Below, in pieces: positions 20,418 through 29,037 of a DNA stretch of 64,000 nucleotides. A model generated the notes under the pieces. It was not told the origin of the DNA. It made no database searches and worked only from the letters and a program-made list of their open reading frames with translations. Position 1 is the first letter of the stretch, and each line of letters opens with the position of its first letter. The DNA is taken from assembly GCA_965218235.1 (NCBI GenBank), contig OZ244595.1:1259009-1323008 (forward strand), read 5' to 3'. A program made the translations under genes and the position numbers. Origin of the DNA: Thermomicrobiales bacterium (GTDB lineage Bacteria > Chloroflexota > Chloroflexia > Thermomicrobiales > UBA6265).

Positions 20418-21674
20418 TCAGACGGCGGCCGTGAGCGGGGCGAGGCTGGGGCGATCGAGCCGGAGCGGCGACAGCGGTTGGGGAGTCGTGCCGGTCGCGG
20501 CCGCCTCGGCGAGGAGCTGGCCGAGACGCGGGCCATAGGGCATCCCATGGCCGCCGAAGCCGCCCGCGACCCAGACGGCGGGCAGCTCGGGTGCGGCGTC
20601 GACGATGGGTAGGTAGTCGGTGGTGAACGCCATCAGCCCTGCCCAGCGCCGCGCCACCCGGAGCCCGGTCAGCTCCGGGAACAGCCGGGGCAGGACCGCT
20701 TCGATCGCGCCGGTGACATCGGGAGTCGGCACCATCTCGCGGATGCCGGCGTCGCCGTTCGGTGCGTCGCCACGGCAGCCACCGATCACGATCGTACCGT
20801 CCGGCGTCTGCTGCCAGTACTCCCCGGTCGCCGTCACGGAGGCGGCGAGGCCGGTCGAGAAGATGGGCGGGATTGGCTCGTAGGCGAGGATCTGCCCGCG
20901 GACCGGCACGATCGTCCCGGCCAGCGCGGGGATCAGCTCATCGCTCCAGGCATTAACGGCAACGACCACGCGGCCAGCTTGGATCATTCCGGCGCTCGTC
21001 TCGACCCGCGTCCCGTCCCCTTCGGCGGCCAGGGCGGTCACCCCGGCGCGGCAAAGGCGAGCGCCCCGTCGCCGGGCTGCCGCGGCGATTCCGGCGAGGT
21101 AGTTCATGGAGTGCAACTGGCCACCGTACGGTGAGAATACGCCAGCCCCGGTGATATCGGGTCCGAGGGGTGTCCCGATCACGCTCTGCGCCTGCCGCCG
21201 GTCGAGGGTTGCTCCCGCGAAGCCGTCGGCCGCCATCGCCGCGATGTCGCGGGTCATCGCGGCGAGCTCGTCTTCGGTCAGCGCGAGGCTGAGGATACCC
21301 GGCGAGCGGAGGTCGCAGTCGATCCCTTCCTCGGCGACGATCTCCCCGGCGAGCGTCTGGCCGTCCTCCGTGAGCCGCCAGAGGGCGCGGGCGGCATCGT
21401 GCCCGTAGCGCTCGATCGCGTCGAGGTAGCCGACCGCCGTGCCGGAGCCGAGGAAGCCGCCGTTGCGCCCGGTCGCCCCCCAGCCGATCACGTCGCGCTC
21501 GAGCAGCGTGACCGAGACGCCCGCCCGCGCCAGCCAGTAGGCCGTCCAGCAGCCGAGTAGTCCGCCCCCGACGACGACGACGTCGTCCGACGCTGGCAAC
21601 GGATCGTTTGGGACTGGCGGGGTGGCGGTGGCGTGCCAGTGCGAGCCCGAGCCAGTGGTCTGTGAGGTCGTCAT
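20418..21674 (-). CDS. FAD-dependent oxidoreductase (DAO family)
   Basis: VVVVGGGLLGCWTAYWLARAG dinucleotide-binding fold. Start at ATG 21674 (MTTSQTTG) after a GGAGAGGG RBS. The ORF extension to 22247 overlaps lysS and is Arg/Pro junk. Confidence 0.85.
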   Translation of the reverse strand: MTTSQTTGSGSHWHATATPPVPNDPLPASDDVVVVGGGLLGCWTAYWLARAGVSVTLLERDVIGWGATGRNGGFLGSGTAVGYLDAIERYGHDAARALWRLTEDGQTLAGEIVAEEGIDCDLRSPGILSLALTEDELAAMTRDIAAMAADGFAGATLDRRQAQSVIGTPLGPDITGAGVFSPYGGQLHSMNYLAGIAAAARRRGARLCRAGVTALAAEGDGTRVETSAGMIQAGRVVVAVNAWSDELIPALAGTIVPVRGQILAYEPIPPIFSTGLAASVTATGEYWQQTPDGTIVIGGCRGDAPNGDAGIREMVPTPDVTGAIEAVLPRLFPELTGLRVARRWAGLMAFTTDYLPIVDAAPELPAVWVAGGFGGHGMPYGPRLGQLLAEAAATGTTPQPLSPLRLDRPSLAPLTAAV

Positions 21675-21907
21675 TGGTCCCTCTCCTCGGCGATCGGTCG
21701 GATGCAGACGACAGGATGGACGCGTGTCATCTGCCTCGTATCGAATGCATGTTGGTCTGTTCGGGCCAGTTTCGCAGATCAGGAACGATGGCTGTGATTC
21801 GGTGTCGACAGCATCCGCGCGTCCAGGCCATCCCAACAGATGTCTTATCGTCAGTCGCCGGGATCGCGACGACATCCAGCCGTCGTCTTCAAGTGGTATC
21901 GAACGGC

Positions 21908-23482
21908 TCACGAGATCGGCGGGATCAGACCCTGCGCGACGGGGTCGACGCCGTCGAGCGTCCGGGCGACCGGGTCCTGGTCCGGCGGGAGGTTGCGCAG
22001 GGCCGGGAAGAGGACGACGTCGCGGAGGGTGTCCTGGTCGGTCAGCAGCATCGCGAGGCGGTCGATGCCGATCCCGACGCCACCGGTCGGCGGCATCCCG
22101 TACATCAGCGCGTTGATGTAGTCGGCGTCGATCGGCATCGTCTCCTCGTCGCCGGCCGCCTTGTCCTGCTCCTGGGCCCGGAAGCGGGCGAGCTGGTCGA
22201 GCGGGTCGTTCAGCTCGGTGAAGGCGTTGCCGATCTCGCCGCCGCAAATGAACGGCTGGAAGCGCTCGGCGTGGGTCGGGTCGTCCGGGCGGCGCTTGGC
22301 CAGCGGCGAGAGTGCGACCGGGTAGTCGTAGAGGATCACCGGCTGGACGATGTGGGGCCGAACGAACTGCTTGAGCAGCTCGTCGACGATCCTTGGCCAG
22401 ACCGTTCCGGTCGGGACGTCGGCCCCGGCGGCCCGGGCGGCGGCGAGCAGCGACGGCTGGTCAGGGTGATCGACGTAATCGACCCCGCAGCCCTCCCGGA
22501 TTGCCTCGCGCAGGGTCTTGCGCGGCCACGGCGCTAACATCTCGATCGTCTGCCCGCGCCACGGGAACCGGGGCTCGCGGTGGACCGCGACCGTCGCGGC
22601 GACGATCAGCGCCTCGACGGTCGTCATCATGTCGGTGTAGTCGGCGTAGGCCTGATAGAACTCCAGCATCGTGAACTCGGGTGAGTGGAAGCGGTCGATG
22701 CCCTCGTTGCGGAAGTCCTTGCAGATCTCGTAAACCCGCTCGAACCCGCCGACGATCAGCCGCTTGAGGTAGAGCTCGTCGGCGATCCGGAGGTAGAAGG
22801 TCTGGTCCAGCGCGTTGTGCCGTGTCGTGAACGGTCGGGCCGCGGCGCCACCGTAGAGCGGCTGAAGCGTCGGCGTCTCGACTTCGAGGTAGTCGCGCTC
22901 GTCCAGTTCCCGCCGGAGCGCGGTCACGATCCTGGAGCGGGCGACGAAGATCTGACGGACCTCCTCGTTGCTGAGCAGGTCGGCGTAGCGGCGCCGGTAG
23001 CGGGTCTCGACGTCGGTGAGGCCGTGGTACTTCTCGGGCGGGGCATTGAGCGCCTTGCTCAGCATCCGGATCGCCGAGACGCGGAGGGAGACCTCGCCGG
23101 TCCGGGTGCGGAACAGGTGGCCGGTTGCCTGGACGAAGTCGCCGAGGTCGTAGAGCCGCAGCACGTCCTCGAAGGGTTCGTCGCCGAGATCGTTCTTGCG
23201 CAGGTAGAGCTGGAGCCGCCCGGACCCGTCTTCGATCGGCATGAACAGGCTCTTGCCCATCTGGCGCTGGGCGACGATCCGGCCAACGAGGGTGACTGGT
23301 TCCGCGAGCGTCCCTTCGGCATCCAGCCTGGTCGGCTCTGCGGTCTCGGCGGCGGCAAAAGCCGACAGCGCGGCGGCGGTCGTGTGGCTCCGTTCGGCGG
23401 TGGTGGGGTAGGGGTCGACCTCCAGCTCGCGGAGCCGGGCGACCTTGGCGAGACGGACCTGTTGCAGTTCGGAGAAGGGCAT
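21908..23482 (-). CDS. lysS: Lysine--tRNA ligase (class II)
   Basis: An OB-fold N-terminus followed by class II motifs (FRNEG, GGGIGIDRLAMLL-like GVGIGIDRLAMLLT), about 524 aa. Confidence 0.95.
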   Translation of the reverse strand: MPFSELQQVRLAKVARLRELEVDPYPTTAERSHTTAAALSAFAAAETAEPTRLDAEGTLAEPVTLVGRIVAQRQMGKSLFMPIEDGSGRLQLYLRKNDLGDEPFEDVLRLYDLGDFVQATGHLFRTRTGEVSLRVSAIRMLSKALNAPPEKYHGLTDVETRYRRRYADLLSNEEVRQIFVARSRIVTALRRELDERDYLEVETPTLQPLYGGAAARPFTTRHNALDQTFYLRIADELYLKRLIVGGFERVYEICKDFRNEGIDRFHSPEFTMLEFYQAYADYTDMMTTVEALIVAATVAVHREPRFPWRGQTIEMLAPWPRKTLREAIREGCGVDYVDHPDQPSLLAAARAAGADVPTGTVWPRIVDELLKQFVRPHIVQPVILYDYPVALSPLAKRRPDDPTHAERFQPFICGGEIGNAFTELNDPLDQLARFRAQEQDKAAGDEETMPIDADYINALMYGMPPTGGVGIGIDRLAMLLTDQDTLRDVVLFPALRNLPPDQDPVARTLDGVDPVAQGLIPPIS

Positions 23483-23665
23483 CGATGGTCCTGGCTATTG
23501 GAAGGAGGTGGGGACGGAACCGGACCAGGGAGCGCGTTCTGGTGCTCGGTTGGACCGCCGCCCCGACCGGCGCGGCGTTCGCATGGGATCATGCCCAATC
23601 GGTGGCGTTTCGTCCACCTCGCCGCCGTCCCGTGTTCGATCGGCAGATGGAAGGGAATCATCGCG

Positions 23666-24397
23666 ATGAGTTCCCAGCAGCTCTATCGGGTCCGGCTGAC
23701 GTGGGGAGCGGAGGGTGCCCGTCGGCTGGCCCCGGACTCGGATGTTGTCGTGATCGTCGACGTCCTGAGCTTCTCGACGGCGGTCGACGTCGCGGTCGGG
23801 CGCGGCGCGGCGGTGATTCCATGGCGTTGGCGGGACGATTCGGCCCGGCTCCGGGCGAACGCGATTGGGGCGACGCTGGCGGTGTCGCGGCGGGACTCCT
23901 CCCCGGAGCAGCCGTACTCGCTGTCGCCGGCGTCGCTGGAACGGATCCCGGCCGGGACGCGGCTGGTGCTGCCGTCGCCGAACGGCTCGACGCTGGCGAC
24001 GGTCGCGGCTGAGAGCGGGGCGATCGTGCTGGCCGCCTGCCTGCGCAACGCGACCGCGGTCGGGCTGACGGCGCATCAGCTTGGCCGGCGGGTGACGGTC
24101 GTCGCGGCTGGAGAGCGCTGGCCGGACGGGGACGGATGGCGCCCAGCGCTGGAGGATGAGGTGGGGGCCGGCGCGATCCTCGACGCGCTTGGGTCCGACC
24201 CGTCGCCTGAGGCCTGGCTGGCCGCCGCGTCGTTCCGGGCCGCCGGCGAGCAGGTCGCCACGCTGATCGCCGACAGCGAATCCGGTCGTGAGCTCCGCGA
24301 CGGAGGCTATCCCGATGATGTGGAGATCGCGACCGCCCACGATGTCAGCCAGTGCGTCCCGCGGCTGGTCGATGGAGAGTTCATCGATGCCCGGTGA
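23666..24397 (+). CDS. 2-phosphosulfolactate phosphatase (ComB) family protein
   Basis: VVIVDVLSFSTAVDVAV...PSPNGS...ERWPDG pattern. Only the 3' third of ORF 22685..24397 looks protein-like. Confidence 0.75.
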   Translation: MSSQQLYRVRLTWGAEGARRLAPDSDVVVIVDVLSFSTAVDVAVGRGAAVIPWRWRDDSARLRANAIGATLAVSRRDSSPEQPYSLSPASLERIPAGTRLVLPSPNGSTLATVAAESGAIVLAACLRNATAVGLTAHQLGRRVTVVAAGERWPDGDGWRPALEDEVGAGAILDALGSDPSPEAWLAAASFRAAGEQVATLIADSESGRELRDGGYPDDVEIATAHDVSQCVPRLVDGEFIDAR

Positions 24398-24431
24398 CGA
24401 TCAAACTCCTGCTCAAGCGAGCGCTGCGGCG

Positions 24432-24673
24432 CCGTCCTCGTAGGGGCGAAGCTTACGAACCATGTCGCCGCAGCGGCAATCGCCCGGCCGGGCGATAACG
24501 GTGGCCGGAGGCGATTCAGTTCGGGCGGGCACCCGCCGCCTGGGTTCCGGCGTCTTCTCGCTATCGAACGGTTCAACGGCTATCCACGCAGTGGCGGCCA
24601 GGCAGGGGTCCCACCTGGCCGCGAAGGCCGCTACCCCGGCCGGACGACCACAAGGCATCGCCCGGACGGACGG
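24432..24673 (-). repeat. Intergenic structured repeat element, copy Y (242 nt, inverted relative to X and Z)
   Basis: Arms CCGTCCTCGTAGGGGCG (24432-24448) and CGCCCGGACGGACGG (24659-24673). Internal hairpin ATCGCCCGGCCGGGCGAT (24479-24496). Blocks are shared with copies X, Z, W, A and B. Confidence 0.6.
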
Positions 24674-24995
24674 GCCGCCGCGGTCAACGGATTGGCCGGA
24701 GTGACGCCGGATTTGCGCCTCCTTCACGTTGACCGGACACGATTCGCGACACTATACTTGTCTTGTTCGTGCGCGTTCGCGTGCGCTCACTGTGTCCGCG
24801 AACCACCGGTGTACCGCAGGCGGTACCGTTCGCGGTTGGTCTCTCAACTGGGAAGTCTCTTGGACGCTGGCCCTTCTACGACCGATTGCGAACGAATCCC
24901 GGTCTGATCGCCGACGAGCCACTCCTGTGTGCGCCCGCCCCGGTCTGGCCGGGGCAAGCGATGGGTTCGCCCGAGCCCATCCGGAGGCGACACAC

Positions 24996-25250
24996 ATGTC
25001 CACCACTCCCGAGAGCAACACGCCCTCCACTCCCCTCGTCCCCGGTCGCGCGACAGCCTCGCGCCGGTTCATCATCAGCGCCGAGGGCGAGGGCACCGTC
25101 ATCCGGAGCAGCACGGCTCCACGCCCCGCCCCCCGCATGACTGGTCCGCTCCCCGAGTCCCGCCCGGCCGACACCGCCGCCGAAGATCCGAAGCATCTAA
25201 TTCACATGCGCCGCTTCCTCCGCACCGCGCTGGACCGAACCCACCGATAA
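24996..25250 (+). CDS. Possible small hypothetical protein (84 aa) upstream of mgtE
   Basis: GGAGG lies 8 nt upstream of the ATG. The product is Pro/Ser/Arg-rich and I recognise no family. It could be non-coding leader. Confidence 0.25.
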   Translation: MSTTPESNTPSTPLVPGRATASRRFIISAEGEGTVIRSSTAPRPAPRMTGPLPESRPADTAAEDPKHLIHMRRFLRTALDRTHR

Positions 25251-25276
25251 CCCCCCGTATCCGATAGGGCTCAGCC

Positions 25277-26650
25277 ATGCAGCAGACGACTGTGGAAGCA
25301 GGGTCGTCCCTGCTCGGTGACCTTCGGGCGGCGGTAGCGCATGGCGATGGGGCGAGAGCGCAGGCTCTCGCCCGTTCCATGTTCGAGCGAGACGCGCTCG
25401 CCCTGCTCGAAGACCTCACCGGGCCGGAACTCTCCCGCCTGTTCGCGATTCTCGGCGACGAGGTCCTCGCCGAATTGCTGGCCCGCCTCGACGAGCGCGA
25501 CGCCGCCAAGATCCTCTCCCGGATGTCGGTCGCCCAGGCCGCCGACATCCTCGAGGAGATCGACCCCGACGACGCGACCGACATCATCGCGGAGTTCGAG
25601 GCTTCGATCGCCGAGGGGCTCCTGATCGAGATGGAGCCGGACGAGGCCGCGGAGATTCGCGACCTCATGAGCTACCCGCCACAGTCGGCGGGCGGCATCA
25701 TGACCCCGGCCTTCGTCGCGATCCTGCCCAACCTCCGGGCCGATCAGGCCGTTGTCGCACTCCGCCGCGTCGCGGAGGAGGCCGAGACCGTCAACTACGT
25801 CTACGTCTGCGACGAGCAGACCCGGCTGCTGGGCGTGCTCTCGCTCCATGCGCTCGTTCTCACGGCACCGTCGACCCCGGTCCGCGATCTGATGATCCGC
25901 AACCTGATCCGGGTGGACGTCCTCACCGACCAGGAGATCGCCGCCCGGCTGCTGACGGAGCACGACCTGCTGGCCCTGCCGGTCGTCAATGACCACAACC
26001 GGTTGCTCGGGATCATCACCGCCGATGACGTCCTCGATGTGTTCGAGGACGAGGCGACCGAGGACATCACCCGGCTCGGCGGCGCCTCGCCGCTCAACGC
26101 GCCCTACCTGAGCGCCTCGCCGTTCACGCTGTTTCGCTCCCGGATCACCTGGCTGCTGGTCCTGTTCGTCGCCCAGTTCGGCTCGGTCGCGGTGCTGGAG
26201 CACTACCAGGGCGAGATCGACGCGGCGCCGTTCCTCGCGGTCTTCATCACCATCCTGATCGGGACCGGCGGCAATGTCGGCAGCCAGACCGTCTCGACCG
26301 TGATCCGGGCGCTGGCCGTCGGGGAGATCCGGCCGGCCAACATCGGCCGCGTCGTTGGCAAGGAGCTCGTCACCGGGCTGGCCCTTGGGACCGGGATGGG
26401 GCTGTTCATGTTCGGTCGGGGCTATCTCCAGGGCGACACCGGGATCAGCCCGGAGCGGCTCGGGCTGACGCTGGCCCTGACGGTCTTCATCCTGTCGGCC
26501 TGGGCCGCGACCGTCGCAGCCGTCCTGCCGATGGTGCTGATCAAAGCCCGCGTCGACCCGGCGGTGGTCTCGGCGCCGTTGATCACTTCGCTGATCGACG
26601 CCACCGGACTCTTCATCTACTTCTTCGTCGCCAGCCAGCTCATCCTCTAG
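25277..26650 (+). CDS. mgtE: Magnesium transporter MgtE
   Basis: MgtE N-domain (AADILEEIDPDDATDII), tandem CBS domains and a C-terminal 5-TM domain (GTGGNVGSQT). Confidence 0.95.
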   Translation: MQQTTVEAGSSLLGDLRAAVAHGDGARAQALARSMFERDALALLEDLTGPELSRLFAILGDEVLAELLARLDERDAAKILSRMSVAQAADILEEIDPDDATDIIAEFEASIAEGLLIEMEPDEAAEIRDLMSYPPQSAGGIMTPAFVAILPNLRADQAVVALRRVAEEAETVNYVYVCDEQTRLLGVLSLHALVLTAPSTPVRDLMIRNLIRVDVLTDQEIAARLLTEHDLLALPVVNDHNRLLGIITADDVLDVFEDEATEDITRLGGASPLNAPYLSASPFTLFRSRITWLLVLFVAQFGSVAVLEHYQGEIDAAPFLAVFITILIGTGGNVGSQTVSTVIRALAVGEIRPANIGRVVGKELVTGLALGTGMGLFMFGRGYLQGDTGISPERLGLTLALTVFILSAWAATVAAVLPMVLIKARVDPAVVSAPLITSLIDATGLFIYFFVASQLIL

Positions 26651-26704
26651 GCGCGATCACCGCTGGCCCGGCGGGGCCGCGTGGGGTAGCCTTGTCTCAC
26701 TGTC

Positions 26705-27229
26705 ATGGGCAGGTCCCGTCCTGTCCCGTTCCGCCCGCCTCAGGAATCCTTTGCGATGCCAGCTTCCCGCCCGCCTCGCGGCTCCGCCCGCGGCCGCACC
26801 CGTGCGCGGCTCTCCGGCACGACCCAATCCCCTGGCTGGCCCCGGCCGGACCAGATCGAATCGGCCGAGACGGTCGTCGCCCTCTACGAACGCGAACGTC
26901 TCTCGAGCGGCCTGTCGGCCCTGCACGGCCGTGGCCTCGGGCATACGGCGCGGGTCCTGGACCCCGCCCGTGGCTCGATCGCCGGCCAGTTCGCCCAGGC
27001 CGGCATCGCCGCCGACCTCGGCTTCCCGGAGCCGACCGCCGAGGACGTCTTCCTGCTGGTCAACGCGACCGGCCGTAGCCTCATCGTCGGGGACCTGCTG
27101 CTTGCCAACCGGGCCAGGGAGATCCGGGTCTACCGTCCGGTGCGGCGGACCCTCCCGACCGCTCCCGAAGTGGTCGACATCGCCGACGCCAGCGATGCCG
27201 ACTCCGAAGAGAGCACGCCCGCGACCTGA
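26705..27229 (+). CDS. Hypothetical protein
   Basis: This is the most protein-like of three overlapping frames, with an Arg-rich N-terminus and an acidic tail. ATG 26756 (AGGAA RBS) is an alternative start. I recognise no family. Confidence 0.45.
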   Translation: MGRSRPVPFRPPQESFAMPASRPPRGSARGRTRARLSGTTQSPGWPRPDQIESAETVVALYERERLSSGLSALHGRGLGHTARVLDPARGSIAGQFAQAGIAADLGFPEPTAEDVFLLVNATGRSLIVGDLLLANRAREIRVYRPVRRTLPTAPEVVDIADASDADSEESTPAT

Positions 27230-27245
27230 TCCGGCCGATCGTTAG

Positions 27246-27275
27246 TTGATACAACATATCATTTACGAGTATGCT
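27246..27275 (+). promoter_or_regulatory. Putative promoter overlapped by a Fur/Zur-like palindrome upstream of the metal SBP gene
   Basis: An AT-rich island in GC-rich DNA. TTGATA, an 18-nt spacer, then TATGCT. Palindrome TGATA-caaca-TATCA at 27247-27261. Confidence 0.35.
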
Positions 27276-27347
27276 GGCCGGGTTCCATCGCGGACAAGGG
27301 GAGTGTGATTGCGCTCGTCCTCGCCATGGTCAACGGAGGAGAGCAGC

Positions 27348-28361
27348 ATGGCACGTCGTCTCAACGGTGGGGGAAGTCACATGGCCCGGGTGCTCGGGGT
27401 GTTGGCGCTACTGGCCGCGCTGACCGCCGGGCTGGTTCAGCCGGCCTCGGCCCAAACGAATCGGCTCCAGGTCGTCGCGACCAACTCGATCCTCGGCGAT
27501 CTCGTGAACAATGTCGCCGGAGATGCGGCCGACGTCACAGTGCTGGTTCCGGCCAACGGAGACTCGCACACCTATGAGCCGACACCAGCCGATGCGAGCG
27601 CGATCGCCGACGCCGACATCGTCTTCGAGAACGGCCTCGGCCTGGAGAACTGGCTCGACGATGTCTACACCGCCTCTGGTTCCAACGCCGAGCGGGTGGT
27701 CGTGACCACCGACGTGACCCCGCTCCGGGTCGCCGATGAGCCGCAGTTCGCGGCCGATGGCGAGGCCACGCCGGCGGACGGTACCGATGCGACGCCAGCC
27801 GAAGTTGCTGAGCCCGAGGAGGGCGAGTTTGACCCGCACGTCTGGTTCGACGTGGCCAACGTCAAGCTCATGGTCGCCACGATCGAGGCGGCCCTCGTGG
27901 CCGCGGACGGCGCGGACGTCGACGCCTTCCAGACGAACGCCGCCAGCTACCAGGCCCAGCTCGACACCCTCGACCAGTACGTCCTCGACACGGTCTCCAC
28001 GCTGCCGGAGGCGGATCGCAAGCTCGTCACCAGTCATGATACGTTCGCGTATTTCGCGGCCCGATACGGTTTCGAGATCATTGGGACGGCCCTGCCGTCG
28101 ATCACGACCGAGTCGACCGACCCAAGCGCGGCCGATATCGCGGCACTGGTCGATGATATCCGAGCCAGCGGCGTGGCGGCGATTTTCCCCGAGAATGTCA
28201 GCAACGCCGATTTGCTGGACCAGATCGCGTCCGAGGCCAATGTCGTGGTCGGACCGGAGCTGTACACGGACGCCCTGGGCGACCCTGGGAGCGATGGCGG
28301 CACGTACATCGACTTGATCACCTACGACGTGACTTCGATCGTGACGGCCCGTCAGGGGTAG
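27348..28361 (+). CDS. Metal ABC transporter substrate-binding protein (ZnuA/TroA family)
   Basis: Signal peptide ARVLGVLALLAALTAG, DSHTYEPTPAD and FDPHVWFD motifs, and an acidic insertion loop. GGAGGAG RBS before ATG 27348. Confidence 0.85.
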   Translation: MARRLNGGGSHMARVLGVLALLAALTAGLVQPASAQTNRLQVVATNSILGDLVNNVAGDAADVTVLVPANGDSHTYEPTPADASAIADADIVFENGLGLENWLDDVYTASGSNAERVVVTTDVTPLRVADEPQFAADGEATPADGTDATPAEVAEPEEGEFDPHVWFDVANVKLMVATIEAALVAADGADVDAFQTNAASYQAQLDTLDQYVLDTVSTLPEADRKLVTSHDTFAYFAARYGFEIIGTALPSITTESTDPSAADIAALVDDIRASGVAAIFPENVSNADLLDQIASEANVVVGPELYTDALGDPGSDGGTYIDLITYDVTSIVTARQG

Positions 28362-28395
28362 TTCCCAGCGCAGCCAGGGCAACAACCGGCGGGAG

Positions 28396-28428
28396 ACGGC
28401 CCCGGAAGAGCTAATCGACCGGGGCCGT
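28396..28428 (+). terminator. 10-bp hairpin after the metal SBP gene
   Basis: ACGGCCCCGG, a 13-nt loop, then CCGGGGCCGT, followed by AGTCTTTGG. Confidence 0.5.
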
Positions 28429-28468
28429 AGTCTTTGGTCGCAATCCCACCGAATATGGAGCATCTGTC

Positions 28469-28578
28469 GGAACCGTATCGACGGTGAGGACGAGGAATCC
28501 GATGACCCATCTTACACCGTCCTCAAGGGACCGGCTGAACGACTCTACTTTCGAACCACCAGGTCAGTACGGCCACCG
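28469..28578 (+). repeat. Degenerate fragment (V) of the intergenic element family
   Basis: GGAACCGTATCGACGGTGAGGACG resembles GAACCGTTCGATAGCGAGAAGACG of copy Y (reverse strand). CGGCCACCG is identical to the segment that precedes the central hairpin in Y. Confidence 0.3.
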
Positions 28579-29037
28579 CTGGGTTGCCACCGGCCGCCAG
28601 CGCAAACGCCCTTGTCGTTAGGCCGGTACACTTCGGCGACCGTTGGGGCCGGCGCCGGGCCCAGCGATCCTACTGCCGCACGGCGGGCCCCCGCCTGGTT
28701 CCTCTGGCGTAAGGTCATGGCGGCCTCAGCAGTGCCTTCCGGGTCATCGCGCCCGATCTCCGCGCGGTCGGCGGGTCGACACAGGCTACCGACGGCTACG
28801 ACCTTCAGACGCCGCCCGACGCCGCCGCGTCAGTCCCGCGCCAGTCGCGACCGATCAGCGATGGTCTGGTCGGGCACGTCATCCCGGCGTACGGCCACAT
28901 CATCCCGGAAGTCCAGCCGGATCACCGAAGTCCGGCAGGATCGTCTGGTTGCGCTGCTCCTGGAATTCATCGGCTGTCCCACCACCGGGCCGAATCGTTC
29001 GCGTCCTGGCCGCCTGCGCCCCGTCGCTACGGTTGTC

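Noticed and set aside
20418-22247. The 609-aa form of the FAD oxidoreductase ORF and the 570-aa form of ORF 22685..24397.
   Set aside because: The N-terminal extensions are Arg/Pro-rich and overlap lysS on the same or opposite strand. Internal ATGs with RBSs (21674 and 23666) give proteins of normal family length.
24398-24730. RNase P RNA, tmRNA, SRP RNA or a cobalamin riboswitch in the structured gaps at 24398-24730, 48293-48781 and 53331-53714.
   Set aside because: The universal signatures are absent: GGAAAGUCCGG for RNase P, the tRNA-like 3' end with CCA context for tmRNA, and the B12 box with correct spacing for the riboswitch. The similarity among these gaps is better explained by the repeat family.
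24730-25276. M-box (ykoK) Mg2+ riboswitch upstream of mgtE.
   Set aside because: The conserved M-box segments are not visible on the plus strand. A GCCAATCCGTTGACC string resembling part of the motif is on the wrong strand and belongs to the stem flanking repeat copy Y.
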